This document shows, piece by piece, positions 42,301-52,075 of a stretch of 58,890 bases of DNA. A program made the translations under genes and the position numbers. Position 1 is the stretch's first letter, and each line of letters opens with the position of its first letter. Below the pieces are notes generated by a model that was not told where the DNA came from, did no database searches, and saw only the letters and a program-made list of their open reading frames with translations. The DNA comes from Oscillospiraceae bacterium (GTDB taxonomy: Bacteria > Bacillota > Clostridia > Oscillospirales > UBA929), in assembly GCA_009777255.1 (NCBI GenBank), contig WRMG01000003.1:1-58890 (forward strand). Direction: 5' to 3'.

Positions 42301-43686
42301 TTATGCCATCTCCCTTGTGACGTTTTTAATCCATTTGCGGGACCTGAACCGCCAGATACACGCGGCGCATTTGATAATCTCCTCGATGAATATCGCGCCG
42401 AAAACCATATAGACGCCCATATTCAGCAGAAGCCCGAAAATAAACGCCAGCGGCAGCCCTATCAGGTACAGCATACCCACGTCGATAGCGGCGGCCGCTC
42501 TCACGTCGCCGCCGCCGCGCAGCACGCCGCAGATGATGGTGTAGTTCAGCGCGCGGGAGATCATGTTCGCCGAGCCTATCAGTATCAGCAGCCACGCGGT
42601 GGTGATTGTCCCCTCGGAGATATTCCTGAACAGCGGGAATATAAACGGCCTGAACACAAACGTAGCGAGCGCCGCCATAAGCACGGCCATAAATGTGGCG
42701 ACCATGCCGACGACCTTTAGCATATCCTTTGCGTAGTAATAGGCGTCGTCGCCGGTTTGGCCCTCGCCGAGCCGTTTGCCTATCAGAACGGCGGCGGCGG
42801 ACCCCGAGCCGAAGAAGCCGGCGCTTAGTATCCTGTCAACGGACATGGCGATGCTGTACGCCGCGACCGCCGCGGCGGCGGCGCGCATATTCCCGACGAT
42901 GATCGGGTAGAGCATGAAGCCGAAGCCCCACAGCGCCTCGTTTACGATGACGGGGACGGAGTATTTGATAAAATCACGGAATATTATTCGGCCGGGCTTG
43001 AGGATATATTTTGGTCTTAGCTTGAAGTCGGCTTTAAGCGACGCGTAGGCAATGATTATCACCAGCTCTAAAATCCGCGCCAGCACCGTCGCCGTCGCCG
43101 CGCCGCGCACGCCCATATGGGGGAAGCCCAGCTTGCCGTATATCAGCAGGTAGTTCATAAAGGTGTTCGCGGCGGTTGAGATAAGCAGGACGGTCAGCCC
43201 TATGCGGGCGTTTTCCATGCTGCGCTGTACGCTGAGGTATACCATCGACAGCGAGTTTAGTATAAACGCCGGAGCCACCACGGTTATGTACTGGACGCCA
43301 GTGTCGATAAGCGCCGTGTCGGGCGTCATCAGCGACATTACAACACGCGGCGCGGCCAGCACGAAGGTGACGAATACGGCTGAAATCAGGCCCGAAGTCA
43401 TAAGCCCCAGACCCATAACGCGGTTTATGGTGTTTGTGTCCTTGCGGCCCCAGTACTGGCTGATAAGTATGCTGGTGCCGCTCTGTATGCCGAAGGTTAT
43501 CAGCATAAGCAGGAAAAACACGTTGTTGCCCAGCGTGACGGCCGCCAGCTCGACCTCGCCCAGCCCGCCCACCATAAACGTGTCGATAAGGCTTAGGGAG
43601 CTGTTGATCATATTTTGCAGCACAAGCGGTAAAGCCAGTGAGATAAGCGGCTTATAAAACTCGCGCCCGCGGTTTATTCTTAACAA
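42301..43686 (-). CDS. MATE-family efflux transporter
   Basis: 12-TM protein with the N-terminal LALPLVLQNMINSSLSLIDTFMVG motif. TTG start directly abuts the upstream TAA, with a GGGAGG RBS inside the AKR 3' end. Confidence 0.88.
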   Translation of the reverse strand: MLRINRGREFYKPLISLALPLVLQNMINSSLSLIDTFMVGGLGEVELAAVTLGNNVFFLLMLITFGIQSGTSILISQYWGRKDTNTINRVMGLGLMTSGLISAVFVTFVLAAPRVVMSLMTPDTALIDTGVQYITVVAPAFILNSLSMVYLSVQRSMENARIGLTVLLISTAANTFMNYLLIYGKLGFPHMGVRGAATATVLARILELVIIIAYASLKADFKLRPKYILKPGRIIFRDFIKYSVPVIVNEALWGFGFMLYPIIVGNMRAAAAAVAAYSIAMSVDRILSAGFFGSGSAAAVLIGKRLGEGQTGDDAYYYAKDMLKVVGMVATFMAVLMAALATFVFRPFIFPLFRNISEGTITTAWLLILIGSANMISRALNYTIICGVLRGGGDVRAAAAIDVGMLYLIGLPLAFIFGLLLNMGVYMVFGAIFIEEIIKCAACIWRFRSRKWIKNVTREMA

Positions 43687-44880
43687 TTATTTATTCCTCC
43701 CGCGGCCCATAAACATACGCGCCGTTTTCATGCCGAAATTAAACCACCACGGCTCCAGCGTTTTCGCGGCGTTTGCCAGCTCTTTTCTTATTTGGATGCT
43801 CTGCGGGCAGTGCGTTTCGCATTTGCCGCAGTTTACGCATTTGCCGGCGTAGTGAGCGTCGGTGTTCAGCGCGTCTATGTTCTGCATATACCGCCTGATC
43901 GCGCCGCCTCTGCCGGAGGAATACACCATATTATATGACGCGAAGCATGTGGGAATATCCACGCCCTTGGGACACGGCATACAGTACCCGCAGGCCGTGC
44001 AGGGCACCTTCAGCGTTTCGCCCAGTATGTTTATAACGCTCTGATACGCGTTAAGCTCGGCTTCGGAGAGAGAGTTCGGCTCGCAGAGCCCGGCCAGCCG
44101 GATGTTTTCGTCGGCTTCGCTCTCGGCGCTCATGCCGGACAGCACGCATTTGACCCCCGTGTGGTTCCATACCCAGCGCAGGCCCCATTCGGCGAGGGAG
44201 CGCTCCGGCTCGACAGCCCTGAACGCTTCGACGGCGCTTTTGGGCAGCTCTTTGACCAGGCTTCCGCCGCGCAGGGGTTCCATAACGATAACGGGGATGC
44301 CCATGGACTCGGCAAGCTCCAGTCCCGAGCGTCCGGCCTGATTATACTCGTCGAGATAGTTGTACTGGATCATGCAGAAATCCCACGGGTACGCGGTTAA
44401 TATTTTGGGGAACTCCAGCCGCCCGCCGTGGTAGGAAAATCCGATCGCGCCGATGCGCCCACGCTTCTTCTGCTCCTCGATCCAGCGCTCGATGTCCATG
44501 GCGCAGAGGCTTTGCCAGAGATCGAGGCTGGTCAGCATGTGCATAAGGTAATAGTCGGCGCGGTCGGTTTTTAATCTGTCCAGCGAACGGTCGAAATATT
44601 TATCAAAGTCCGCCTCGCTCTTCACCATGAAGAGCGGCAGCTTTGTGGCTATGTTGACTTTGTTCCGCCATTCCGGCGTGAGCGCCTGACCCAGGAACGC
44701 CTCGCTCCCGCCGTATATATACGCGGTGTCGAGATAGTTTACGCCTCTGTCTATGGCGTCGTACAGCATTTTCGACGAGCGCCCGAAGTCGATGCCGCCG
44801 CCCTTGCGCGGGAGGCGCATACACCCGAAGCCCAGCGCGGATAAATCTCTGCTTGATTTTTCGTCACGGCGGTACAGCAT
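43687..44880 (-). CDS. aldo/keto reductase with C-terminal 4Fe-4S ferredoxin-type domain
   Basis: AKR N-terminus (LGFGCMRLP...YLDTAYIYG) plus CxxCxxCxxxCP and CVNCGKCETHCP clusters. Confidence 0.85.
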   Translation of the reverse strand: MLYRRDEKSSRDLSALGFGCMRLPRKGGGIDFGRSSKMLYDAIDRGVNYLDTAYIYGGSEAFLGQALTPEWRNKVNIATKLPLFMVKSEADFDKYFDRSLDRLKTDRADYYLMHMLTSLDLWQSLCAMDIERWIEEQKKRGRIGAIGFSYHGGRLEFPKILTAYPWDFCMIQYNYLDEYNQAGRSGLELAESMGIPVIVMEPLRGGSLVKELPKSAVEAFRAVEPERSLAEWGLRWVWNHTGVKCVLSGMSAESEADENIRLAGLCEPNSLSEAELNAYQSVINILGETLKVPCTACGYCMPCPKGVDIPTCFASYNMVYSSGRGGAIRRYMQNIDALNTDAHYAGKCVNCGKCETHCPQSIQIRKELANAAKTLEPWWFNFGMKTARMFMGRGRNK

Positions 44881-44927
44881 AATTAACAGCTCCTTAACAT
44901 TTCCTCGGTTGACAACGGCACGGGAGT

Positions 44928-44957
44928 ATTATACACTTTGTTTTGGATGATTGTCAA
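44928..44957 (-). promoter_or_regulatory. candidate promoter of the AKR-MATE operon
   Basis: Minus strand TTGACA (44957-44952), 18 nt, TATAAT (44933-44928). Confidence 0.55.
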
Positions 44958-44991
44958 GGCGGGCCAACCCATTAAAGCTCCGTCCTTTCGT

Positions 44992-45034
44992 GTAGGGGAC
45001 GATGCATACGGCGCGCCGGGGCGTCGCGCCCTAC
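44992..45034. repeat. 43-nt element bounded by inverted GTAGGG ... CCCTAC termini
   Basis: GTAGGGGACGATGCATACGGCGCGCCGGGGCGTCGCGCCCTAC. The 3' part (45010-45034) is the reverse complement of the unit at 126-151, apart from one C. Confidence 0.8.
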
Positions 45035-45105
45035 AGTTAAATAGATGTTGCAGCGGACGGCGGGCCGTTCCGACGGGATGAGAATAACGGCAAGGGGATT
45101 TTATT

Positions 45106-46089
45106 GTGAAAAAAACAGCGGTTGCAGGGATATCCGGCGGGGTTGACTCGGCGGTATGCGCGGCGCTGCTGAAAGAGCGGGGGTATGAGGTTACCGGCGT
45201 TTTTCTGAATATCGGCGGCTCGCCGGACCGCGCGGCGGGGGTCTGTGACGCGCTGGGTATCCCGCTTGAGGTTATTGACATACGCGAGCGGCTGGAGCGG
45301 TGTGTGGTCACGCCGTTTATAAACGGGTATTTAGGCTGTGAGACGCCGAATCCTTGCGTTATATGCAACCATATGGTAAAATATCCCATATTGGCCGAGG
45401 CGGCGGACAGGCTGGGCGCGGAACACATAGCCACCGGACATTACGCGGGGATTGTTGAGATAGAGGGCGTTTGTTATCTGAGAAAGGGCCATTTTGAGCG
45501 CGACCAGTCGTATATGCTCTACCGGCTGCCGCGGAGCATACTCTCGCGCTGTCTGTTCCCCGTCGGCGATACGCCCAAGAGTGAAGTGAGGGCTAAGGCC
45601 GCCGGACTGGGGCTTGCCGCCGCGGACGCGCCGGACAGCATGGAGATATGCTTTGTCCCCGGCAATGATTACGCGTCGTTTATCCGTTCGCGCGGCGGCG
45701 GTATGCCGGAGGGCGATATAGTGGATGTAAACGGGAATGTTCTCGGGCGGCACAGGGGACTTTTGAACTATACCGTCGGGCAGCGGCGCGGGCTGGGGGT
45801 GTCAAGCGGCGGGCGGCTGTTTGTCACGGCGCTGGACGCGGGGAAAAATCAGGTGGTGCTGGGCGGGGAAGAGCATCTGTATAAAACCGAGATAGAGCTG
45901 CGCGACATGGTTTGGCACGGAAGCGGTTCAGGGATGTTCGACGTTAAGGTCCGCCACAGCCCGAAAACTTACAGAGCGAGGGTTGAGGGGGATACCGTTT
46001 ATTTTGACGGGGGCGTTAAGGTGACGCCCGGGCAGTCGGCGGTATTTTATAAGGACAATATAGTTATGGGGGGCGGCGTGATTTGCTGA
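45106..46089 (+). CDS. mnmA: tRNA 2-thiouridine(34) synthase
   Basis: PP-loop GISGGVDSAV, catalytic Cys context NPCVICN, ATGHYA. GTG start. Confidence 0.88.
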   Translation: MKKTAVAGISGGVDSAVCAALLKERGYEVTGVFLNIGGSPDRAAGVCDALGIPLEVIDIRERLERCVVTPFINGYLGCETPNPCVICNHMVKYPILAEAADRLGAEHIATGHYAGIVEIEGVCYLRKGHFERDQSYMLYRLPRSILSRCLFPVGDTPKSEVRAKAAGLGLAAADAPDSMEICFVPGNDYASFIRSRGGGMPEGDIVDVNGNVLGRHRGLLNYTVGQRRGLGVSSGGRLFVTALDAGKNQVVLGGEEHLYKTEIELRDMVWHGSGSGMFDVKVRHSPKTYRARVEGDTVYFDGGVKVTPGQSAVFYKDNIVMGGGVIC

Positions 46090-46165
46090 AAGGGCAGGTG
46101 CCCTGCCGGGCAATCAGGGGACAGGCGTGGAATTTGATCATCCGCGTGTAAGGAGGAATTCACCT

Positions 46166-46882
46166 TTGCTGAAAGCAGAAGGGTTGACGAAAAAATACGG
46201 CGAGCATTTAGCCGCCGATAATCTGTGCTTTGAGGTCAGGGCCGGTGAGCTTGTGGGGCTTTTGGGGCTTAACGGCGCGGGCAAGACGACCACGCTGAAT
46301 ATGCTTACGGGGTTTCTCGCGCCCACAGCCGGCAAGGTTTTTATCGACGGCGCGGATTTGGCCAAGGAGCCGTTGAGGGCGGCGCGGCACATCGGGTTTT
46401 TGCCCGATACGCCGCCGCTTTATAACGAGATGACGGTGCGGGCGTATCTGGAGTTTGTGTATGAGATAAAGGGCGCGGCGGCGCGCGACAAAAAGGAGCA
46501 TATCGACGGGGTTTGCGAACAGGCGGATATACTGGATGTGAAGGGGCGCGTGACGGGGCGGCTCTCGCGCGGGTACAGGCAGCGCGTCGGGCTTGCCGCC
46601 GCGCTGATCGGCGACCCCGATATACTTATACTTGACGAGCCGACGGTGGGGCTGGACCCCAAGCAGATAATCGACATAAGGCGGCTGATAAAGGAGCTGT
46701 CGCGGTCGCGCGCGGTGATACTCTCCACGCATATACTGACGGAGGTTGAGGCGATATGCGACCGTGTGCTGGTGCTTGACGGCGGCAGGCTGGCGGCGGA
46801 GGTAAAGCTGCCGCTGGAGGGCAGGGAGACGCTGGAGGATATGTTCATGTCGCTGATACTTTACGGGGAGAAGAAGAGATGA
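46166..46882 (+). CDS. ABC transporter ATP-binding protein (GldA-like)
   Basis: Walker A GLNGAGKTT, LSRGYRQR, ILILDEP. TTG at 46166 lies 9 nt after AGGAGG. The track start 46127 is a GTG. Confidence 0.88.
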   Translation: MLKAEGLTKKYGEHLAADNLCFEVRAGELVGLLGLNGAGKTTTLNMLTGFLAPTAGKVFIDGADLAKEPLRAARHIGFLPDTPPLYNEMTVRAYLEFVYEIKGAAARDKKEHIDGVCEQADILDVKGRVTGRLSRGYRQRVGLAAALIGDPDILILDEPTVGLDPKQIIDIRRLIKELSRSRAVILSTHILTEVEAICDRVLVLDGGRLAAEVKLPLEGRETLEDMFMSLILYGEKKR

Positions 46883-49032
46883 GGGCTGTGTTTAAGCGCG
46901 AGCTGCGCTCGCTTTACACCACGCCGCAGGGGTATGTGTTCAGCGGCGCGTTTGCGCTGGTGATGAATATATATTTCCACTTTGTCAATATCGCAGGGCG
47001 GGATTCGGACTTAGGCTCGGTGTTTACCTTTATGCTGGTGGTTTTGATGTTCACCGTGCCGGTGCTTACGATGCGCGGATTTTCGGAGGAATACCGGCGC
47101 GGCACGGACAGGCTGATTTTCACGGCGCCGGTGAAGCTGGGCGGGATTGTCGCCGGAAAATTTTGGGCGATAATGGCCGCGTTTGGCGGCACGCTGTTTA
47201 TTATGACTTTTATATACGCCGAGATAATAATACTGTTCGGCGCGCTGAATTTCGCCGAGTACTTGGGGCATATGACGGCGATTTTAACGTTCGCGGCGGT
47301 TTATATTTCGATCGGGCTGTTAATCTCCGCGCTCACGTCGAGCCAGACGGTGGCTATGCTGGCGACGCTGGGCGCGTTTACCGTGCTGCTGCTTTTGGAC
47401 GTCGCCGCCGGAGTGATGAGCGAATCATGGGCGAAGAGCCTGCTCGGGCCGCTTTCACTGTTCAAGCGCTACGATACGTTCACGCGAGGGATTTTTTCGC
47501 TGGCGGATTTGGTTTTTGTCGCCAGCTGCTGTGTGTTTTTCCTGATGCTGACGGCGCTCCTTTTGCACCGGAGGCGGCACGGCATGAAAGGACAGAGATT
47601 GCGGCTGCTGGCGTTCGCCGCGCCCGCGCTGGCCGTGTTGGTGCTGGTAAATCTCTTGTGCGGGGCGCTTGGCGAGCGGTTTTATTTTAAGTATGATATG
47701 ACGCGCGCGAGGGTTTTCGCGCTGTCAAGCCAGACGACGGCTATCCTGAAAGAGCTGCCCGAGGCCGTGACCATCACGCTTTTAAGCGACCGCGCGGATA
47801 TGTCAATGGTGGTGACGGACGACGATACCGGCGTTTGGTATCAGCTGGCGGATGTGCGCGATTTTCTTGAGAAGTGTGTTGCGACCGCAAATGATAATCT
47901 CAGGCTGCAATATATCGACCCCGACCTGAACCCCGGGTGGGTGCGCGAACGCGATCTTACGGAACAGGCGGGGTATTACAGCATAATCGTTGAGAGCGGC
48001 AGGAGAACGAAAATTTTGTCCGTCCGCGATCTGTTTGAGACGCAGATGTTATACGACGTTGACGGCGCGTTTGTCACCGAAGCTGTCGTCGGGCTGGCCG
48101 CGGAACAGGCGGTCACCTCCGCGATACTCAACGTGATAACCGAGGTGCTGCCCAAGGCGGCCATACTGACCGGACACGGCGAATACCCGACGGAGTATCT
48201 CAGTTGGATGCTGTCGGCGTTTAGCTACGATGTTTCGGAGGTGAATATCACCGCTCAGGAAATACCCGTGGGAACGGAGCTTTTGGTGCTGGCCGCGCCC
48301 ATGTATGATTTCAGCGAGAGGGAGCTTAACGCGCTTGACAAATATCTCTCCGGCGGCGGCAGCGCGATTATCGCGTTTGACCCCGCCATGCCGGAGTTGC
48401 GCGCGCTGGAGCTGTATCTTACCGAGTGGGGCGCGAGGTTTGAGCCGGCGTTTGTGTTTGACGCGGCGCTGAACTACGGGCGGCAGGATTTTATTCTGCC
48501 GATACTGCGGACGGATTTTATCGAGGGGCTGTCAGTTTCCGGCGGGCGCTATCTGCTGACCATGGGCTCCAGGCCGCTGACGGCGCTGTGGGAGACGGAC
48601 GGCAACCGCGTAATCACCCCGTTTATTTTGACCTATGACACCGCCTATGCCAAAGAGTTTTCCGCCGATACTTTAATCACCGGCCTTGACGAGAGCGAGG
48701 GCGACCTGCCCGGCCCGTTTATACTGGGCGCGGTCAGCGCGCAGGTGCGCGCCGACGGCTCCGGCAACATGGTGGTGTTCCTGCCGATGTCGGTTATAGC
48801 GGACGAGGCGCTGAGTATGCCGAATTTCCAAAATTATCATCTTGTAGTAAGCCTGCTGAATAAAATGCAGTCTGAGCTGACGCTTGATATTCCGCCGAGG
48901 GACATTACGCCCGTGCCGCTGGCGGTGAACTCACGCGAGGCGCTTTGGCTGTCGGTTATATTACTTATAGTTATACCGCTGATACCGGCGGCGGCGGGGA
49001 TTGGCATGTGGTTCGGGCGGAGGAAGCTGTGA
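46879..49032 (+). CDS. fusion of an ABC-2 permease (GldF-like) with a GldG-like extracytoplasmic domain and a C-terminal TM
   Basis: N-terminal ~240 aa has 6 TM helices. A large soluble domain follows, then a terminal TM (WLSVILLIVIPLIPAAAGIGMWF). ATGA overlap with the ATPase stop. Confidence 0.75.
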   Translation: MRAVFKRELRSLYTTPQGYVFSGAFALVMNIYFHFVNIAGRDSDLGSVFTFMLVVLMFTVPVLTMRGFSEEYRRGTDRLIFTAPVKLGGIVAGKFWAIMAAFGGTLFIMTFIYAEIIILFGALNFAEYLGHMTAILTFAAVYISIGLLISALTSSQTVAMLATLGAFTVLLLLDVAAGVMSESWAKSLLGPLSLFKRYDTFTRGIFSLADLVFVASCCVFFLMLTALLLHRRRHGMKGQRLRLLAFAAPALAVLVLVNLLCGALGERFYFKYDMTRARVFALSSQTTAILKELPEAVTITLLSDRADMSMVVTDDDTGVWYQLADVRDFLEKCVATANDNLRLQYIDPDLNPGWVRERDLTEQAGYYSIIVESGRRTKILSVRDLFETQMLYDVDGAFVTEAVVGLAAEQAVTSAILNVITEVLPKAAILTGHGEYPTEYLSWMLSAFSYDVSEVNITAQEIPVGTELLVLAAPMYDFSERELNALDKYLSGGGSAIIAFDPAMPELRALELYLTEWGARFEPAFVFDAALNYGRQDFILPILRTDFIEGLSVSGGRYLLTMGSRPLTALWETDGNRVITPFILTYDTAYAKEFSADTLITGLDESEGDLPGPFILGAVSAQVRADGSGNMVVFLPMSVIADEALSMPNFQNYHLVVSLLNKMQSELTLDIPPRDITPVPLAVNSREALWLSVILLIVIPLIPAAAGIGMWFGRRKL

Positions 49033-50336
49033 AAAGGCCGGTGCTGTTGGCGGCGCTGGCGCTTGTGCTGCTCGCCGCGCTTGTTATTGTCAGGGTTTGG
49101 CCCGAGAGAGACGGCGGCCGCGACGGGTATGACCACGTTCAAAACCACGGCGGATATATGGTGTATATGGATACAAGCCTTGTGGAAACGGTTGCGTTTG
49201 TCCCGAGAGACGGCGCGGCGTTTACCATCACGGCTAAGGACGGCGGGTTTTGGGTCGGGGAGGATTGCGATTCGGAGGAGGCCGCGGTTACGGCGCTGTA
49301 TGCCTCCGCGCTGCCGTATTACAGGATGCTGGACGGCGGCGAAGCGCCGCTGGGCGATTACGGGCTTGACCCGCCGGAGCTGACGGTTACGGTAAACGGG
49401 GAGATAACATTTCACATCGGCGGCGCGACCTTGGACGGCAACGCGTATTATATGCTGATGAACGGCAATGTTTTTACTGTGGACTGGGAGCTTGCCGAAC
49501 AGCTGCTGCTGCCGCTGAACGCCTATCGCATACGGGAGCTGTGGCCCGGCGGGCCGGGAGAGCGCCCGCTGCTGACCGAGGTTTCTCTGTCCACCCCTCA
49601 ATTGTGGTCTGTTTACGGGGGCTATACGATTATCCGCAACGAGCTTGACGACGACGCGCCGCCGGGATTGAGCCGCTATGAGCTGACACGGCCCGTTTCT
49701 TTCGTGTGCAATGACGACGCCGTGCGCACGAAGATATTAAACGGGATAACCGCCATTGATTATGACGAGATAGCAGATGGGATGGAGCCGTTGTCGCCGG
49801 CTTTTTGCCATACGCTCAGGCTGAAAGCCGAGGGGTTTGAGCTTGCGCTTTATATCGGCGGCGAGGCGCCGGACGGCGGGCGCTATATAATGCCGGAGGG
49901 CGGCGATACGGTTTATATAGATAAACTGGGCGATTACGGGTTTTTAGACGTTACGCCGCTGGATTTGACATATGGGCTGGCGTTCTGGCTTTACAGAATG
50001 GATGATGTCGAGAGTATAACCGTCACGGACGGCGGGAGGGTCCGCGCGGCGCCGGAGGGGACGTCGGAGATAAACATGCGGCGCTTTTTCGCGCATGTGC
50101 TGAATTTTTCGGTGGCGGGCATGATTGATGGGGACTACGGTGATTTCGACCGGAGGATCACGCTGCACATGACCGACGGCAGCGCGCGCGAATTGAGCTT
50201 CGCGCGGTTAAACGAGCGCCGGCTTGCCGTGTCGGTAGACGGCGCGGAGCCGGTGTTCGCGTGCAATATCAGGGACTGGCAGCAGATAATTGAGGATTTG
50301 GACGCGCTTGAGGCGGGGAGAGGGATCAGGGAGTAG
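49029..50336 (+). CDS. DUF4340-like membrane-anchored protein
   Basis: GTG at 49029 forms a GTGA overlap with the upstream stop. N-terminal TM (VLLAALALVLLAALVIV). Its position downstream of GldG-like genes is typical of DUF4340. Confidence 0.65.
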   Translation: MKRPVLLAALALVLLAALVIVRVWPERDGGRDGYDHVQNHGGYMVYMDTSLVETVAFVPRDGAAFTITAKDGGFWVGEDCDSEEAAVTALYASALPYYRMLDGGEAPLGDYGLDPPELTVTVNGEITFHIGGATLDGNAYYMLMNGNVFTVDWELAEQLLLPLNAYRIRELWPGGPGERPLLTEVSLSTPQLWSVYGGYTIIRNELDDDAPPGLSRYELTRPVSFVCNDDAVRTKILNGITAIDYDEIADGMEPLSPAFCHTLRLKAEGFELALYIGGEAPDGGRYIMPEGGDTVYIDKLGDYGFLDVTPLDLTYGLAFWLYRMDDVESITVTDGGRVRAAPEGTSEINMRRFFAHVLNFSVAGMIDGDYGDFDRRITLHMTDGSARELSFARLNERRLAVSVDGAEPVFACNIRDWQQIIEDLDALEAGRGIRE

Positions 50337-50400
50337 GCCGCTGTGGCCGTTGGCGGGCAGATGCTTATAGTATATATTTTTTATAATTGGGAGGCTGTTT

Positions 50401-51159
50401 ATGAGTGACATGGAGTTAATGAAAAAATGGAAAGAGGAAGAAACGGGGTTCAGTCTGAAGGGGTGGGATTTTTCTCAGATTGACGGGAGATGGGAATGCC
50501 CCAATCCGCCGTGGGATTATAAAACGCTGATAAAGGCATATCTGAGGGACGGCGATATTCTGCTTGATATGGGCACGGGCGGCGGAGAGTTTTTGCTTAC
50601 AATCAACCACCCGTATAAAAACACATACGCGACGGAAGCGTATCCGCCGAATTTTGAGTTGTGCAAAAGAGAGTTGTCGCCGCTTGGGATTACAGTGGCG
50701 CGGACTTTTTCCGATGACAGGCTACCGTTTGACAATGACAGCTTTGATTTTATTACCAACAGGCATGAGTCGTTTGATTTATCGGAGGTTGACCGGACGC
50801 TGAAGCATGGCGGGTATTTTTTCACACAGCAGGTGGGCGGCAAAAATTCTTATGAGCTTAGGCTGGCCCTGAACGACGGAGTGATTATGAGCGGCCCCGA
50901 TCACGAGCTTGAAAGCTATGCGAACCGGTTAGCGCGGATGGGGTTTCAAATCCTTATAAAGGATGAGGCAAAATATACCGTTAAATTTTTTGATATGGGC
51001 GCTGTGATTTTTTACGCAAAGGCGTGTGTATGGGAAATACCGGATTTTTCCGTGGAAACCCATTTTGACAGGCTGTGCAAGCTGCAAAACGAAATTGATA
51101 AAAATGGGTTTGTACAAGTGACGGGACACCGGTTTATACTTGCGGCGCGCAAGCTGTAA
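50401..51159 (+). CDS. class I SAM-dependent methyltransferase
   Basis: SAM motif I ILLDMGTGGGEF and post-I acidic residue. Visibly lower GC than its neighbours. Confidence 0.8.
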   Translation: MSDMELMKKWKEEETGFSLKGWDFSQIDGRWECPNPPWDYKTLIKAYLRDGDILLDMGTGGGEFLLTINHPYKNTYATEAYPPNFELCKRELSPLGITVARTFSDDRLPFDNDSFDFITNRHESFDLSEVDRTLKHGGYFFTQQVGGKNSYELRLALNDGVIMSGPDHELESYANRLARMGFQILIKDEAKYTVKFFDMGAVIFYAKACVWEIPDFSVETHFDRLCKLQNEIDKNGFVQVTGHRFILAARKL

Positions 51160-51293
51160 TATATATTTTGCGGGAATGGCCGTAAACTTAACGCCGGGTT
51201 TAAGTTTATGTGTGAAAGATATATCTCCGCTGTATGGGAAAGCGGTTTTATTTCCGGTAATATTGATTTAACATTTAACCGTAGGAGGCAATT

Positions 51294-51977
51294 ATGTTAG
51301 ATAATATTCAGATAGGCAATCATATCACTTCTTTACGAAAACAGAAAAAATTGACGCAGGAGGAGTTAGCGGAGAAATTAGGAATCTCCGTGCAGTCAAT
51401 AAGCAAATGGGAAAACGGTCACGCTCTGCCCGAAACGGCGACGCTTCCGTTGTTATCGCAATTTTTGGGCTGTTCCATTGATTCAATATTATTACCGATT
51501 GCCACACGGGATAAAGACTTTCAAAACTTTGCAAACGCGGTGGGCGGGGAGCAAGGCGGGCTTGCGCTGCGGTTATACGGCAAGCTGAAAGAAAAATTTA
51601 GCTTTACCGTGAGCTACAGCAATGAGTATTACATATTTGAGCAGTTGTCCAAAGGCGCCTCCGCTACGTTTAATCTATCGACGCAGGACGACTTTCTCAT
51701 AAGGCTGGACGTATGCGATAATCATATTGTTCCGAGGATAACGCTGCGAAACTGCTCGAAATACATGGGCTTGATTGACGCTATGCCGGAGAATGTTAAG
51801 CAATGCTTCCGGCTGAACGATTGCAGATGCTGCAACAGTAACGACTGCCCGTATACCATGGCGTATACCTTTGAGGGGGTTGATTACCGGCAATGCCATT
51901 TCATTGGAGCAGAGCTTAACTCGGCTGAGGATGTGGAGAACCTTTTCGCGCTGGTGTGCGCGGAGCATGGCGTGTAA
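51294..51977 (+). CDS. XRE-family HTH protein with a Cys-rich C-terminal domain
   Basis: HTH_3 (ITSLRKQKKLTQEELAEKLGISVQSISKWENG). The C-terminus has CFRLNDCRCCNSNDCPY...C. Confidence 0.75.
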   Translation: MLDNIQIGNHITSLRKQKKLTQEELAEKLGISVQSISKWENGHALPETATLPLLSQFLGCSIDSILLPIATRDKDFQNFANAVGGEQGGLALRLYGKLKEKFSFTVSYSNEYYIFEQLSKGASATFNLSTQDDFLIRLDVCDNHIVPRITLRNCSKYMGLIDAMPENVKQCFRLNDCRCCNSNDCPYTMAYTFEGVDYRQCHFIGAELNSAEDVENLFALVCAEHGV

Positions 51978-52003
51978 ATAAACAGCGGGGCGCCCGTTAC
52001 AAA

Positions 52004-52038
52004 AACCCCCTGCGGCGGTGGCCGCAAGGGGGTTTGTT
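52004..52038. terminator. bidirectional terminator (serves pnp on the minus strand)
   Basis: CCCCCTGCGGC ggtg GCCGCAAGGGGG, flanked by AAAAA (a T-run on the minus strand) and TTTGTT. Confidence 0.8.
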
Positions 52039-52052
52039 CATGTTGTTTAGTA

Positions 52053-52075
52053 GCGTGCGCAATGCGCGTCCCTAC
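52053..52075 (-). repeat. GTAG+hairpin REP-like unit containing the pnp stop codon
   Basis: Minus strand GTAGGGACGCGCATTGCGCACGC. The TAG at 52074-52072 is the pnp stop. Confidence 0.8.
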
